Shown here: positions 1 to 10,503 of the stretch, piece after piece
Layout of the letters: each line of letters begins with the position of its first letter
How positions within the stretch are numbered: the stretch's first letter is position 1
Origin: Mayamaea pseudoterrestris
Lineage: Eukaryota
Assembly (NCBI GenBank): GCA_027923505.1
Contig: BROI01000010.1
Span: forward strand, 930,001 to 994,000
Direction of reading: 5' to 3'
Length of the DNA: 64,000 bases
Made by a program: the position numbers and the translations under genes
The notes under the pieces: generated by a model
What the model was told of the DNA's origin: nothing
The model's database searches: none
What the model saw: only the letters and a program-made list of their open reading frames with translations

Positions 1-674
1 ACCATTGTTTGTAATATGTACTAGTCAAATTATATTAACAAGCTATATATAAAAACAATTTACAATACCTAAAAAACTTGGCTGAAAAGGAAAAGCGAAT
101 AGAATCTCATACCGACGAATGATGTCGCAGCGGCTTGTTACTTTTTGAAACTGCCGCGCCAGCCTCACAGTTTCGTGCACCTTTTGCAATTGCCATCGGT
201 GAATAGCCGACCTTCTTTGCATTGACCATGCTGAGGCTAGAAGGATAAGTCTTGGTCTGTGGCAGCGTCAAAGCAAAGGAGGGTTCGATTTGGTGACTAT
301 TGGTGACAGGTGAGTGACAGGTGACAGGGTGAGACATCAATTGATTCCTCCGTTCTCCGTTCGTCCCCAAAGAACAAATTGCATGATTGCTCTTCATCAT
401 GAGACTCTTGCCCAGACACTTTGGTATATGAAGGAAGAAATTGTCAATCACAGATACCGGCGTTTTGCTGGTCTGTACCGACAGCCTTCGACTCGCTTTC
501 CTTAAGGCTGACGTTTCATGACGACTCGTCGGAACGCAAATCGTTTGCTTCCATCGTTGAACGTTGATCGAGTCATGATTGCGATACAATTCTTGCTTGC
601 TCACTAATTTAGTCAGTATGTGTTCAGGTTCAGGGATAACTAACATTCGCAGCTGCGCTGCGCAATGGCATACA

Positions 675-3199
675 ATGCCTTCATCTGGCGGCCGTTCTCG
701 CCTCGTAGCGGCGGCTCAGTGTATACTTCTCTTAATTCTGCTAAACCTTTTCAGTATAACAACCTTGCGTCAATGGTCACCACTGCAAACTTACGAAAAA
801 AATGCTGATGCATTACCACGAGAGATCATACTGCAAGAATTCCTCATAGACAACCCCAACTGCCAATATAAGACTATGTTGCTGCGTCAATATCAAGCAA
901 TTGGCATCAATTTGACGAGAGAGCTTTGCGACGCGCTGCCGAAATGGTCCAAGGTTGTAAGACGACTCGGTGATCGACCATACATCTTGGGGCAAGAAAC
1001 CTGTGCGCGATATTGCCAACGCACTGTGGAGCGAGGAGGGTTGCCGACTATTCGAATCGCCGGCTTACCAAACGCGGCAATGGACATGATGATTGAACTG
1101 CTGCACTGGACTAGCCAAGCTAGCTCTGACCTCAATAGCTCGAACGACCTGCTCGTTCCATGGGGAGTGCATACGCCACTTTCGGCAGCCAGACGCTCCC
1201 GACAATTCGATGACTCCATCTTTACTTTGGTTCTCGTTCAAGATCCACTCCAATTTATGAATTCGCTTTGCAAAAACCCAGACACCTTGCAGTGGAACCG
1301 CGGAAAACATGGACGGTGTCCAAACCTTGTGCCGACGCTAGAGGAGCGCCAATCAAAGCGGGAAACAAACTTTGGCGTCAAGTTACCCATGACGCTTGAC
1401 AACAATCGAACTGCCTGGCGGCACTACCAAAGTATTGCCGATTATTGGGCTTCTTGGATTGAAGAATGGGTAACGGCAGACGTTCCTCGGTTGATTGTGA
1501 GGAGCGAAGATTTGTATATCTTTCCCGAGCAGGTAGCGCAAATTCTTACCGACTGCATTTGCACGAACAGCTCGTTGCGCCAAACACCTGCAAGAGTTGT
1601 CGAATCGTTGCTTAACATACAAAAGCTTAAGCAATTTACTTTGGCGAAACTCGACAACTCAGCGTTGAACTCAGCTGAGCTAATTCACCTTCAAACCACG
1701 TTAAAGTCTTCCATCATGAATGTCTTGCACTACGATGGTGTCGCCGACGGATCTTTCTTGTTGAAATACAAGAGTACGTCGCAGCGCTCGAGTTTGCATT
1801 CTCGCCGTTATTCGCGATGGGAAGCAAAATCGCAACAGGTGGACGGAAATCATTTAATTGAAGATGAGTTTATTTCAAAGTGCGAAAATGTTACTGTTTT
1901 TTTGTCGCAAAACTTACGCTGCGACAATAAGGTTTCCATGATCCAAGAGCTCGCATCAGCAGGAGTGTGCCCGGTGCCCGAATTTTGTGAAGTGCTTCCC
2001 TCTCGGCAGCAAGTAGTGAGCTTGTATGGCGACAAGCCCGTCGTTCTTGGTCTTGAAACTTGCCATGCCTACCGAAGGTTAATCGGGAATGAGCCACCCA
2101 TGCCAAAGTTGACGGCGCTTTGGAACTCGGGATCTACGGCATTATCAACATTGTTTCTTAACAATATGCTGCTTTACGACAAGAAATGGAAAGTTGATCG
2201 AGCCACCGTGCCTTGGGGTAAAGTGAGTGTAGAGATAGCAGCAGTTAACGAAATTATTGTTTACACTAGCAACCGCTGACCTAATCTTGCTTTCATGCAG
2301 CATACGCCTCTTTACTTGAAGCATCGAAACACATTCCCTGCGAAAAATCCAGACAACAGAGACAAAATCTTGCCTGTAGTGCTAGTTCGTGATCCCATGC
2401 GCTGGATGGCATCTATGGTACGTTTAGGGGCTGAATGATACTTTGTTACAGCGCTTCGAGAATCTAACTTGCAACTAAAATTGCACAACGATGCTGCAGT
2501 GTCGCAGCAGCTACGGAGCAAAGTGGCGGATGGTAGGACAACGATGCCCCAATTTGATTCCAACTGACGCTGAACGTCAAGTATTGGGTTGGTCGGACGA
2601 TGTGCGAACATTCGCCGTTGATCATTCCAACCTTCAAGCTCGATTCCGTTATCATACGCCGTATGATTCGCTTGCCGATATGTGGTCCACGTGGTATGGC
2701 GATTACTTGGAGGCAAAGTTCCCCAGGTAAGCGCAAGTAGGAGTGTAACTGACAGACGCTGTTGAATGACCTCCTCAACTTGTCCACACCCTTCTCGTAA
2801 CAGACTCTTTGTTCGCATGGAAGATATGATCTTCTTTCCTAAACAAGTTATGAAAATGTACGCTACAAACAAATGTTGCATTATTACCATGGATTTTGCT
2901 GTGAGTCTCAAGCTCACATTGTCCTTTGATCACTTCTTATCAGCATCGGCGATTGCTCGGGCATGCCGATCCGCGAAAGGTTCCATTACGTAAAGGAACA
3001 AGGCAAGGATAAATCAAGTACCGACTTGGTGACTGCCATGATCAAGTATGGAACGAAGGATGGCCGCATTCCTACCAACCTGACGCGCGAGGAGCGAGAG
3101 TACTTGCGAACAGCGCTGGATCCGAAACTGATGCAACTATTGCATTATCCACAAATTCCGGTTGGCCCCAACGACGATAAAGTTTCCTTACTACCGTAG
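675..3199 (+). CDS. Membrane-anchored protein with two tandem sulfotransferase-like domains; 5 exons (675-2222, 2301-2417, 2500-2726, 2804-2857, 2944-3199)
   Basis: Four GT..AG introns (2223-2300, 2418-2499, 2727-2803, 2858-2943) join the ORF pieces in frame. N-terminal hydrophobic segment ILLLILLNLFSI. Motifs occur twice: LGQETC/LGLETC, VPWGVHTP/VPWGKHTP, VLVQDPLQFMNSLC/VLVRDPMRWMASMC, RCPNLVPT/RCPNLIPT, PRLIVRSED/PRLFVRMED. An alternative in-frame ATG lies at 618. Confidence 0.75.
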
Positions 3200-3235
3200 T
3201 TAACATTTATAGCTAGCGAATCATTTAGCGTTACG

Positions 3236-4228
3236 TTACTGCTTCATTTCGCTAACGTCAATGGCATTCTGTCGTCGGTCCTTGGCGCGCACCTTGAGAC
3301 TGCTCTTGGGTGCCGCCGTGACTTGAAAGGAGTCAACAATTTTGCGAGCGATAGCTTCTGATCCTCCCTTCGTCCATCGATTAGCATTGGCGCTGACAAC
3401 TAAACAGACAGCTCTGTTTGTTCCAGGCACAATGGTAGCAGCAAGAGTTGCTCGTCGAGGGATTTCAGCGTTGGTTGACTGCGACAAATTGCTAAACGCT
3501 AGATCAATAAAGCGATAGTTGCTCTTGCTGCTTTTAGTGTTCTTGATTTTGATGTCGGTAGGAGGTCCGTAGAAAGAGAATCGCCCTGTTGGATCGAACA
3601 AGCGTTCCGTGAAGAATGTTGCTGGCAATTCTTCGAGTGCTTTGGTTTTCGTTGATTTGGTGACGATGAGAAAGGCTGTATCACCCGATTTTGGATCACG
3701 ACACTCGACGTCAAAGACGGTTCCCTTTGCGAGTGGCCATGGAGCCGCAAAACTCGCCAAGACAGCAGTTGGATCTTCAGTCGAACCAACCAAAAGCTCC
3801 GCCAAAACCCCGCCTTGAGCATCTTGGCTGAGGTCCGTGCCATCGCGGAAAATGACTCCAGTTTCTGGCCGACTCTTTCCTGCTTGACCAGAGACGCCCA
3901 TGACCCCATTTGGATCAATGCCAGAACGAAGGAAACTATCGACGTCAAGTCTTCCTTCGGGCAAAGGTGCAGCGTTTACAGCAGAGGTCAAAGGAAACGA
4001 TAATGTGCTTGCTGTTACGGCTGCGGAAACATCAAACAGCAATCGCCTGCGAGATAAATAATCAGAAGAAGCCTTGCTTGAGTATATTCTGGTATCAGTA
4101 TTCATAGTAAACTGAGATAATGATGCTGTGGAAACGCCAGAAGTAAAGAATGCCGCAGTGCATGTTGAAGAACAAGCGAGCAGGATGCATGCGGCTACGG
4201 TGCTGGCGAGAAGAGGGAAATTACTCAT
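3236..4228 (-). CDS. Plastid-targeted, probably thylakoid-lumen protein (PsbP-like fold possible)
   Basis: 330-aa ORF: signal peptide, then an AAF cleavage-like motif (TAAFF), an S/T-rich transit peptide, a twin-arginine SRRRLL plus hydrophobic stretch and an AxA-type site (VNA-A). The fold assignment is inference. Confidence 0.65.
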   Translation of the reverse strand: MSNFPLLASTVAACILLACSSTCTAAFFTSGVSTASLSQFTMNTDTRIYSSKASSDYLSRRRLLFDVSAAVTASTLSFPLTSAVNAAPLPEGRLDVDSFLRSGIDPNGVMGVSGQAGKSRPETGVIFRDGTDLSQDAQGGVLAELLVGSTEDPTAVLASFAAPWPLAKGTVFDVECRDPKSGDTAFLIVTKSTKTKALEELPATFFTERLFDPTGRFSFYGPPTDIKIKNTKSSKSNYRFIDLAFSNLSQSTNAEIPRRATLAATIVPGTNRAVCLVVSANANRWTKGGSEAIARKIVDSFQVTAAPKSSLKVRAKDRRQNAIDVSEMKQ

Positions 4229-4586
4229 GCTTTTACGAGTCTCGGGCAGTCGCTATCAATTTATCTATGTATAGGTTTGTGAAACAAGACAGACTTGCAT
4301 TTGACAACTCTGTCAAGAGACAAGGATCGTGCGGCTAATAACTTACTGTAACTATTGGCCATTGTCGTCACAACATTCGCACGCATCCATCACGAGTACC
4401 GCTTCGACAAAGTGCTAAACCGATGCGATATTGCCAGCGATCTTGGCGCGCCACGACTATCGCTGGAAACGTTTCTTCGATTCTCGTGGCCCAAGCAGAC
4501 CAACTTGTTGCGCGATTCTGCAAGTACCAGTAGCCCAAATCCTCACAACGTATTGCCTGCATCGAGCCTTAGCCTCAATTGACGTA

Positions 4587-5180
4587 ATGCCTCGGAATAC
4601 GCGATCCGAAAAGGCAGACGCGGCTGCTCAGCGTCGTCTCAACTTTGAATTATCAAACTCAACGCACGATGCTTCGCCTCTTGTTTCCACAACGACTCCA
4701 GCGACTCGTCCCAAACGAAGTACCACTAATGATTCTAATACAACAAATGTAAGCTCTCCTTTGAAGAAGAAGCAAAAGAATTCAGCAGTCGCTGTCACTC
4801 CAGAGGAACAAGAGGCAGCAGTCAAGAAGCGAGAGCAAGAAGCAACAGCAATTAGCAAGTACGTTCCAAAATACATTCACGCAAATGTCTCGTACAAGAC
4901 CAAGGGAACGAGCAAGCTGGATCTAAACACAATCAAAGTCTATGAGTGGATTGAAGATCACTACGAGATTCCAGTCGATTTGGAGCAGCGTCGATCCTGC
5001 GGACCGCTCAGTGGGTCCTCCTACGAGGAGCGAGTCATTCAGCAGTATGAGCTGGGCAAACTGAAAATTAAAGATATTAAAGAAGAAATCGATTATGCCA
5101 AAGAGGAGCAGCATGCTGTCATCTGCACCTGCTGTGCCGAGACCGGGCATAAGCGAAACGATTGTCCGTCGTTAATTTGA
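4587..5180 (+). CDS. Small predicted nuclear protein with a C-terminal CCHC zinc knuckle
   Basis: ATG at 4587 (MPRNTRS), basic NLS-like PLKKKQK, and C-terminal CTCCAETGHKRNDC matching CX2CX4HX4C. Confidence 0.65.
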   Translation: MPRNTRSEKADAAAQRRLNFELSNSTHDASPLVSTTTPATRPKRSTTNDSNTTNVSSPLKKKQKNSAVAVTPEEQEAAVKKREQEATAISKYVPKYIHANVSYKTKGTSKLDLNTIKVYEWIEDHYEIPVDLEQRRSCGPLSGSSYEERVIQQYELGKLKIKDIKEEIDYAKEEQHAVICTCCAETGHKRNDCPSLI

Positions 5181-6264
5181 GCGGATACACAATCGAATCG
5201 GAAAATAGTACCTCGTATTTACTAATGATCATAGTAATGGCATTTAAATCTTCAACTACTAGTAAGATGTTTCTGTTACTTTATACTATGCTACTGCAAG
5301 AATCAAGCAGACCGCCTCATTCTAAGAAGCAGATACGGTCAACAAAAGCCTGCAGCCTGTTGCTTCACGCATAAGACCTCGCGCAAACAAAACTGCTTCC
5401 AAATAGATAATCAGGGTTATTGACATCAATTTCAAGGTGACCGAAAATGTTTCTTGGCGCTAATATCGTTAATCAATGCTTACATAATAGAATGTTGATT
5501 GGCTGCTCGTTGCCGTGTTGCTGGTGCTGGTCCCTTCCAAATCGGCCATGAGCAGCGCTGGCACAATCAACCACAATTCTGTTCTCATCAACATGCTTAC
5601 ATCTCAAGAAAATGATGGTCAGACGAGTAAAAGGCAAAGCAGTAGCGATGACGGATGACGAATGACGAAAACTGGCCTGGGCGAGCAAAAGTTGACTCGT
5701 CGCTGCTTCAAAAAGCAGTTGGTCAGCAATGTCCAATGCACGTCGTCGCGATGTCGTCATTCCTTTGTCTCGGCGACTCGCTAGACGCGAACAACCTTGC
5801 GTGCTGAAAAGCTGGAGCTAGTCGCGACGAGCATCAACCGGCACATCATCATCGGCCTCGAACCGAACCTGAATACTCCAGCCGAGCACGTAAAGAATGG
5901 ACTCTACTGTTGAGCTGGTTTGACACCTCGATATGTAAACATTGGATCGACCACCGAGAAGGGAAGTGACGGTTGTTGCTCCGTGCTCCTTCACGAGTCT
6001 GCTGTTTGTTGAGAAATGATGAGATTACTTGGAAGTCGAGCTGTTTGCTTGATGTCTTGTTGTTTCTGTTGCCATTCGATCGCTCCAGACTCTATGAGAC
6101 TTTCATCTGTATGTGTAGCAGCACCAGCTGACGGACTTCCTCGCAAAACAATCATTCATCATCTCCTCATCTCCTTTTAGCTTAAAGCTGCGTGATACTC
6201 GGTAAGTAAGGAGAGGACCAATGGTGGCGCGCCGTACCAGCCTGTATCGTGGCTTCAAGCAAAC

Positions 6265-6540
6265 ATTACGTCACCAGGCAATAGCACGAAACGAGTGCCA
6301 GTGTCAATTACGTCATCAGGCAATAGCACGAAACGAGTGCCAGTGTCAATTACGTCATCAGGCAATAGCACGAAACGAGTGCCAATGTCAATTACGTCAT
6401 CAGGCAATAGCACGAAACGAGTGCCCGTGTCAATTACGTCACTAGGCAATAGCACAAAACGAGTGCCAGTGAGAACAGCGCCACCAGGCTATAGTACGAA
6501 ACGAGTGCCAGTGTCAATCACGTCACAAGGCGGTAGTACG
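6265..6540. repeat. 42-bp minisatellite, ~6.5 copies
   Basis: Unit ATTACGTCATCAGGCAATAGCACGAAACGAGTGCCAGTGTCA starts at 6265, 6307, 6349, 6391 and 6433; the last copies are diverged. Confidence 0.95.
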
Positions 6541-6978
6541 ATTGTGTGGCATCGGCATTCCCCATCACCATCACCATCCTCCATATTCATACGACGGCAA
6601 CACTAATGCATGTGCAGTAAACTTAGCAAGCAGTATACATACCGGTAATCATGTCATTGATAGTACTGTCAATGGTCAGGTGCGCCGTGTCTCAAGGGCG
6701 TTTCTTCGACAAGCCTCTTGGCGCACCTGTATGCTTGTCGCTTGCTGACGGATGCACGCTTCGTACGCGCATCAACCGCTCGGAAAGCATGTTGGATCAT
6801 GCGTTGCAGACGACCGCAACATACCGTGACTCTCACGATTACGATGATCATTTCCTCACTCGCAAATGAGTGGTTTGTTTCATACATACAAACAAACAGG
6901 CGTAACGCGTAACACTGATGCTCCGCTTGCATCAAACCTCGACCGACGCTCCTGCACCTGCGATATACTACTACAAAC

Positions 6979-7818
6979 ATGCTTGCCTTGTCGAACATCC
7001 AACGACGAAAAATTCGATTCGCCGACGAAGTCGGTAATGATGGATTCCCATGGGATCCCCTTTGGGAGTTTGTCCTTGCCGATTATTGCGATGGAGAGGA
7101 TCGATCGGTTGCTACTTATCACAACGACTACCAGCCTTGGAGTGGAGGAGTCTATCAACGCAGTCCCTTTGCATTAAACATGATTGAAAGCAACATTAGT
7201 GAAGCTTCATTGTTTCAACCTCCATACAAACTAGCCATGCGACAAAACAATGGATTCTACAACACCTCCATGCAGCATCAACACCATCAGCAAGAACAAG
7301 AGGTTGCATCAACATCATCTTCGCAAGACGAGACTGACGATTTTGAATCAGTCGACAATGAAGACAAGCCCAGTCGGTCGTTTTCGCAACTCAACTGTTT
7401 CCGTGATCATCTTCGCAAAGGCGATGACGATGACGATGATTTAATTGTGGCAAGTCCTTCAATGTTACTCATGTTGGCAGAGGACGAACGTGACGACGGC
7501 AACTGGATGTTGTTAGGAAAGTCTAGACGTTTGCGTGTGCCAGAGCTTCCTCCTGTCGATTCTACTTACCAACCAAGTAGTTACTTTGACTACTACAAGG
7601 CCTCGGCGAACGAACAATATCAGACGCGCGACGATGATTCGGCTGAGCAAAAGAGTATATTGGCGAAGCTCAATTGCAAGTCGCGAAAGGCCGACATGGA
7701 TCAGCGACAAGCACAAGACCTTTATAGCTCCTTTATTTCACCATGGTTGGAACCTCCAGCTTTGCAAAAGACTCGATCTTTGCTGCAGCGAGTGCGAGGC
7801 AAGACGAATGGAGTGTAA
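6979..7818 (+). CDS. Hypothetical low-complexity protein
   Basis: 279-aa ORF with ATG, acidic and Q/H-rich tracts and an RVxF-like KIRF motif; no recognisable domain. The 5' end is uncertain. Confidence 0.5.
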   Translation: MLALSNIQRRKIRFADEVGNDGFPWDPLWEFVLADYCDGEDRSVATYHNDYQPWSGGVYQRSPFALNMIESNISEASLFQPPYKLAMRQNNGFYNTSMQHQHHQQEQEVASTSSSQDETDDFESVDNEDKPSRSFSQLNCFRDHLRKGDDDDDDLIVASPSMLLMLAEDERDDGNWMLLGKSRRLRVPELPPVDSTYQPSSYFDYYKASANEQYQTRDDDSAEQKSILAKLNCKSRKADMDQRQAQDLYSSFISPWLEPPALQKTRSLLQRVRGKTNGV

Positions 7819-8303
7819 TCGCGTATTGCAAACGTGTCACGAAGATGCCTATTATGACATCACAATGATTATTACACCGGCTTCTGCCAGTCGCACTCTT
7901 CTGCGTGCAATGCGAATGGAGGTGTTACGATAACGAGGAGCTCTCACCACACGAACGAAGATTGAACAGCATCAGTGTCAGTAGCTACCGGTAGTTTAAG
8001 TATAGGCAGCTAACATATCTTTGGTGGAGCACTACTCATAGTATATTATAAATAACTATGAACCGTACGTAGCCTGGCGCATCTCGTACGTACTGTCAGT
8101 GCTTGTGCGACACACGGCGGATACTCCTCACGATCTTTTTTGCGCAACCATGACAACGCTCACATTTTCTCTGACGCGGCCAACACTTCGACTTGTGCGA
8201 GCCTTTGGTCAGAACAATTAGTTGGATGCCTGCAGGGAGACAAGACAAATAGAAAAGAATACGAAAGAAAGAGCATTCGAATAGTGTCCATTTTGTTCCA
8301 TTA

Positions 8304-10046
8304 ATGAGAGTCAACGTGCTGAGTCTCGTTCCATCCATTCTCGCTCTTTCGCGACGTACATTTGTTGCCTTTCTCGCTCCAACAGCGTCCATTCTTGCCC
8401 CAAGACAAAAGCCCTCTAAGATCTTATCTGCAATGACCTTATCAGATAGTTCTGCTCCTGCTTCAGAACCTTGGACTCCCGGAAATCCCAAGCATGAGCA
8501 AGAGGCACGTTCTATTCTACATACATGGCCCCTGGACTCATACAATGCGGAAACACTCAATGAAGTTCATCCTCGCGACTACAAGTCCCCAAGTAGTACA
8601 TATGAAGAATATGATTTGATTGCTATTGGTGCAGGCGCTGGAGGATTGGTTTCTGCGCGACAAGCGGCCCGACGAGGAGGAAAAACGGCCATGATTTCGG
8701 AACAGTTGGCTGGCGGCGATTGCCTCAACGTTGGATGTGTTCCGTCAAAGGCATTGCTCCGAGCTGCGAAAGCTATTGCCGAAGTTGAACGTGCTTCGGA
8801 ATTTGGTGTTGTTTTACCTCCAGGACCAGTCAAGATTGACTTTGCAAAGGTCATGGAACGGCTGCGCGCCAAGCGAGCTCTCATTTCCCATGTTGATGGA
8901 CATGCGACTTCGGAACAAGCCGGAACGCACGTTTTTCAAGGAAAAGGTCGATTCATCAGTCCAACGTCCATCCAAGTGGGCGAGACTGTACTTCACTTCA
9001 AAAAGGCTGTTGTCGCAACCGGTGGACGACCACATATTCCAAACATTCCTGGACTACGCGAAGCGCCCTACTTGACGAATGAAATCTTGTTTAATCTGGA
9101 GGCACTTCCACCTCGAATGGTGATACTTGGAGCTGGAGCTGTTGGCTTGGAAATGGCGCAGAGCTTTGCTCGGTTTGGTTCCAAAGTGACTGTCATTACT
9201 TCCACCGACCAACTGTTTCATTCGAAATTTGGCGATGGGGAAGCGGCTAATATTTTGAAGCAAGAGCTTAAATCGAGCGGTGTCGACTTTATAGCTGGCC
9301 AAGTTACGATTGTCAAGACCATTTCAAAACAACCCGAGAAGGCAGCCAAGGAATTTCCCTTGATGCAAGTGACAATTGAAACGCCCAAAGGCTCCAACGT
9401 TTCGATAGACTGCGACGCCTTGCTCATTGCCGCTGGCCGCGATGCTAATGTAGAAGACGTTGGTTTGGATGCCGGAAATGTGGAGTTTGAGGTTGGCAAG
9501 GGCGTCAAAATCAACGACTTGGCCCAGTCAGTGAGCAATCCAAACATTTACGCTGTAGGAGACTGTGTAGCTGGCGTGCCGCGATTGACCCATATGAGCG
9601 GTGAAATGGCCAAGCTTGTTGTGCAGAATGCTTTGTTCCAGGACAAATGGAAGCTCAGTAGTTTGGTGGTTCCAGCGACCATGTATACCGAGCCCGAGTA
9701 TGCGACTGTTGGTATTTACTCTGCTGAACTCGCCGAGCAACGGAGCATGAAAGTGGATACGTATCGGACTGGCCTCGAACAAAATGACCGGGCCATTCTC
9801 GAGGGAAGTAACGTTGGCTTTTGCAAAATCATATGCGAGAAGGGAACCGATAAGATTGTCGGTGCAACGATAGTGGCGGAGCGTGCTGGGGAAATGATTA
9901 ATGAGGTAACCTTGGCCATGAAGAATGACATTGGCTTGTACCAAATTGGCCGTAACATTCACTGCTACCCTACAACTGGCGAAGCTGTTGGCTTTTGCGG
10001 GGTTCAATACATTAACTCCAAGTGGCAGCGATTGGATGGCAGGTAA
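8304..10046 (+). CDS. Class-I pyridine nucleotide-disulfide oxidoreductase (mercuric reductase-like / dihydrolipoamide dehydrogenase family)
   Basis: FAD motif IGAGAGG, redox disulfide GGDCLNVGCVPSK, ATGGRP, NAD(P) motif LGAGAVGLE, IYAVGD and C-terminal HCYPT; intronless; N-terminal targeting-like extension. Confidence 0.9.
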   Translation: MRVNVLSLVPSILALSRRTFVAFLAPTASILAPRQKPSKILSAMTLSDSSAPASEPWTPGNPKHEQEARSILHTWPLDSYNAETLNEVHPRDYKSPSSTYEEYDLIAIGAGAGGLVSARQAARRGGKTAMISEQLAGGDCLNVGCVPSKALLRAAKAIAEVERASEFGVVLPPGPVKIDFAKVMERLRAKRALISHVDGHATSEQAGTHVFQGKGRFISPTSIQVGETVLHFKKAVVATGGRPHIPNIPGLREAPYLTNEILFNLEALPPRMVILGAGAVGLEMAQSFARFGSKVTVITSTDQLFHSKFGDGEAANILKQELKSSGVDFIAGQVTIVKTISKQPEKAAKEFPLMQVTIETPKGSNVSIDCDALLIAAGRDANVEDVGLDAGNVEFEVGKGVKINDLAQSVSNPNIYAVGDCVAGVPRLTHMSGEMAKLVVQNALFQDKWKLSSLVVPATMYTEPEYATVGIYSAELAEQRSMKVDTYRTGLEQNDRAILEGSNVGFCKIICEKGTDKIVGATIVAERAGEMINEVTLAMKNDIGLYQIGRNIHCYPTTGEAVGFCGVQYINSKWQRLDGR

Positions 10047-10503
10047 GTGCATCGCAAGTTGCACGTACGAGCATGTCTACGATACTTGGATAGATCCATA
10101 GAGTTTTGGATTATGACTACCGGTATCTTACGGTACGTAGTACCCAGTTCTTTATTGCTTCATTGTAACGATGAAAGCGTCGAGAGGATGTACGTCTTAG
10201 GCCAAGCTGCGGCTCTTTCCTATGGCAACCTGGTCAATCGCGCCAAGTTGTCGCTGCGGCAAGCACAATTTGGTGATCGCATCCCATCTCCATCCACTTT
10301 TTTGCACTGGTGGCAGAAGCAAAGTGCTTGCTATAGTCTTACGAGTACTTGTGTCCAATGCCGCAGATGAGTACCGCTGTGATGTGATGTTAGTGGCGCG
10401 CGTCCAATCCGTGACAATTTTTTCGGCCATGGCCACGAACCCACAAACCCATCATTTTTTGTTCAAATTCAGCGCGGATAAAGTAACGAAAGAGAGCCAC
10501 AGC

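Noticed and set aside
107..646. 179-aa minus-strand ORF and GTGAC-rich cluster at ~291-337
   Set aside because: No recognisable domain. A short first exon (ATG 229, donor near 112) is possible but cannot be supported within the window.
5473..6075. Short minus-strand ORFs
   Set aside because: Frames are interrupted by stops, with no consistent splice model or motif.
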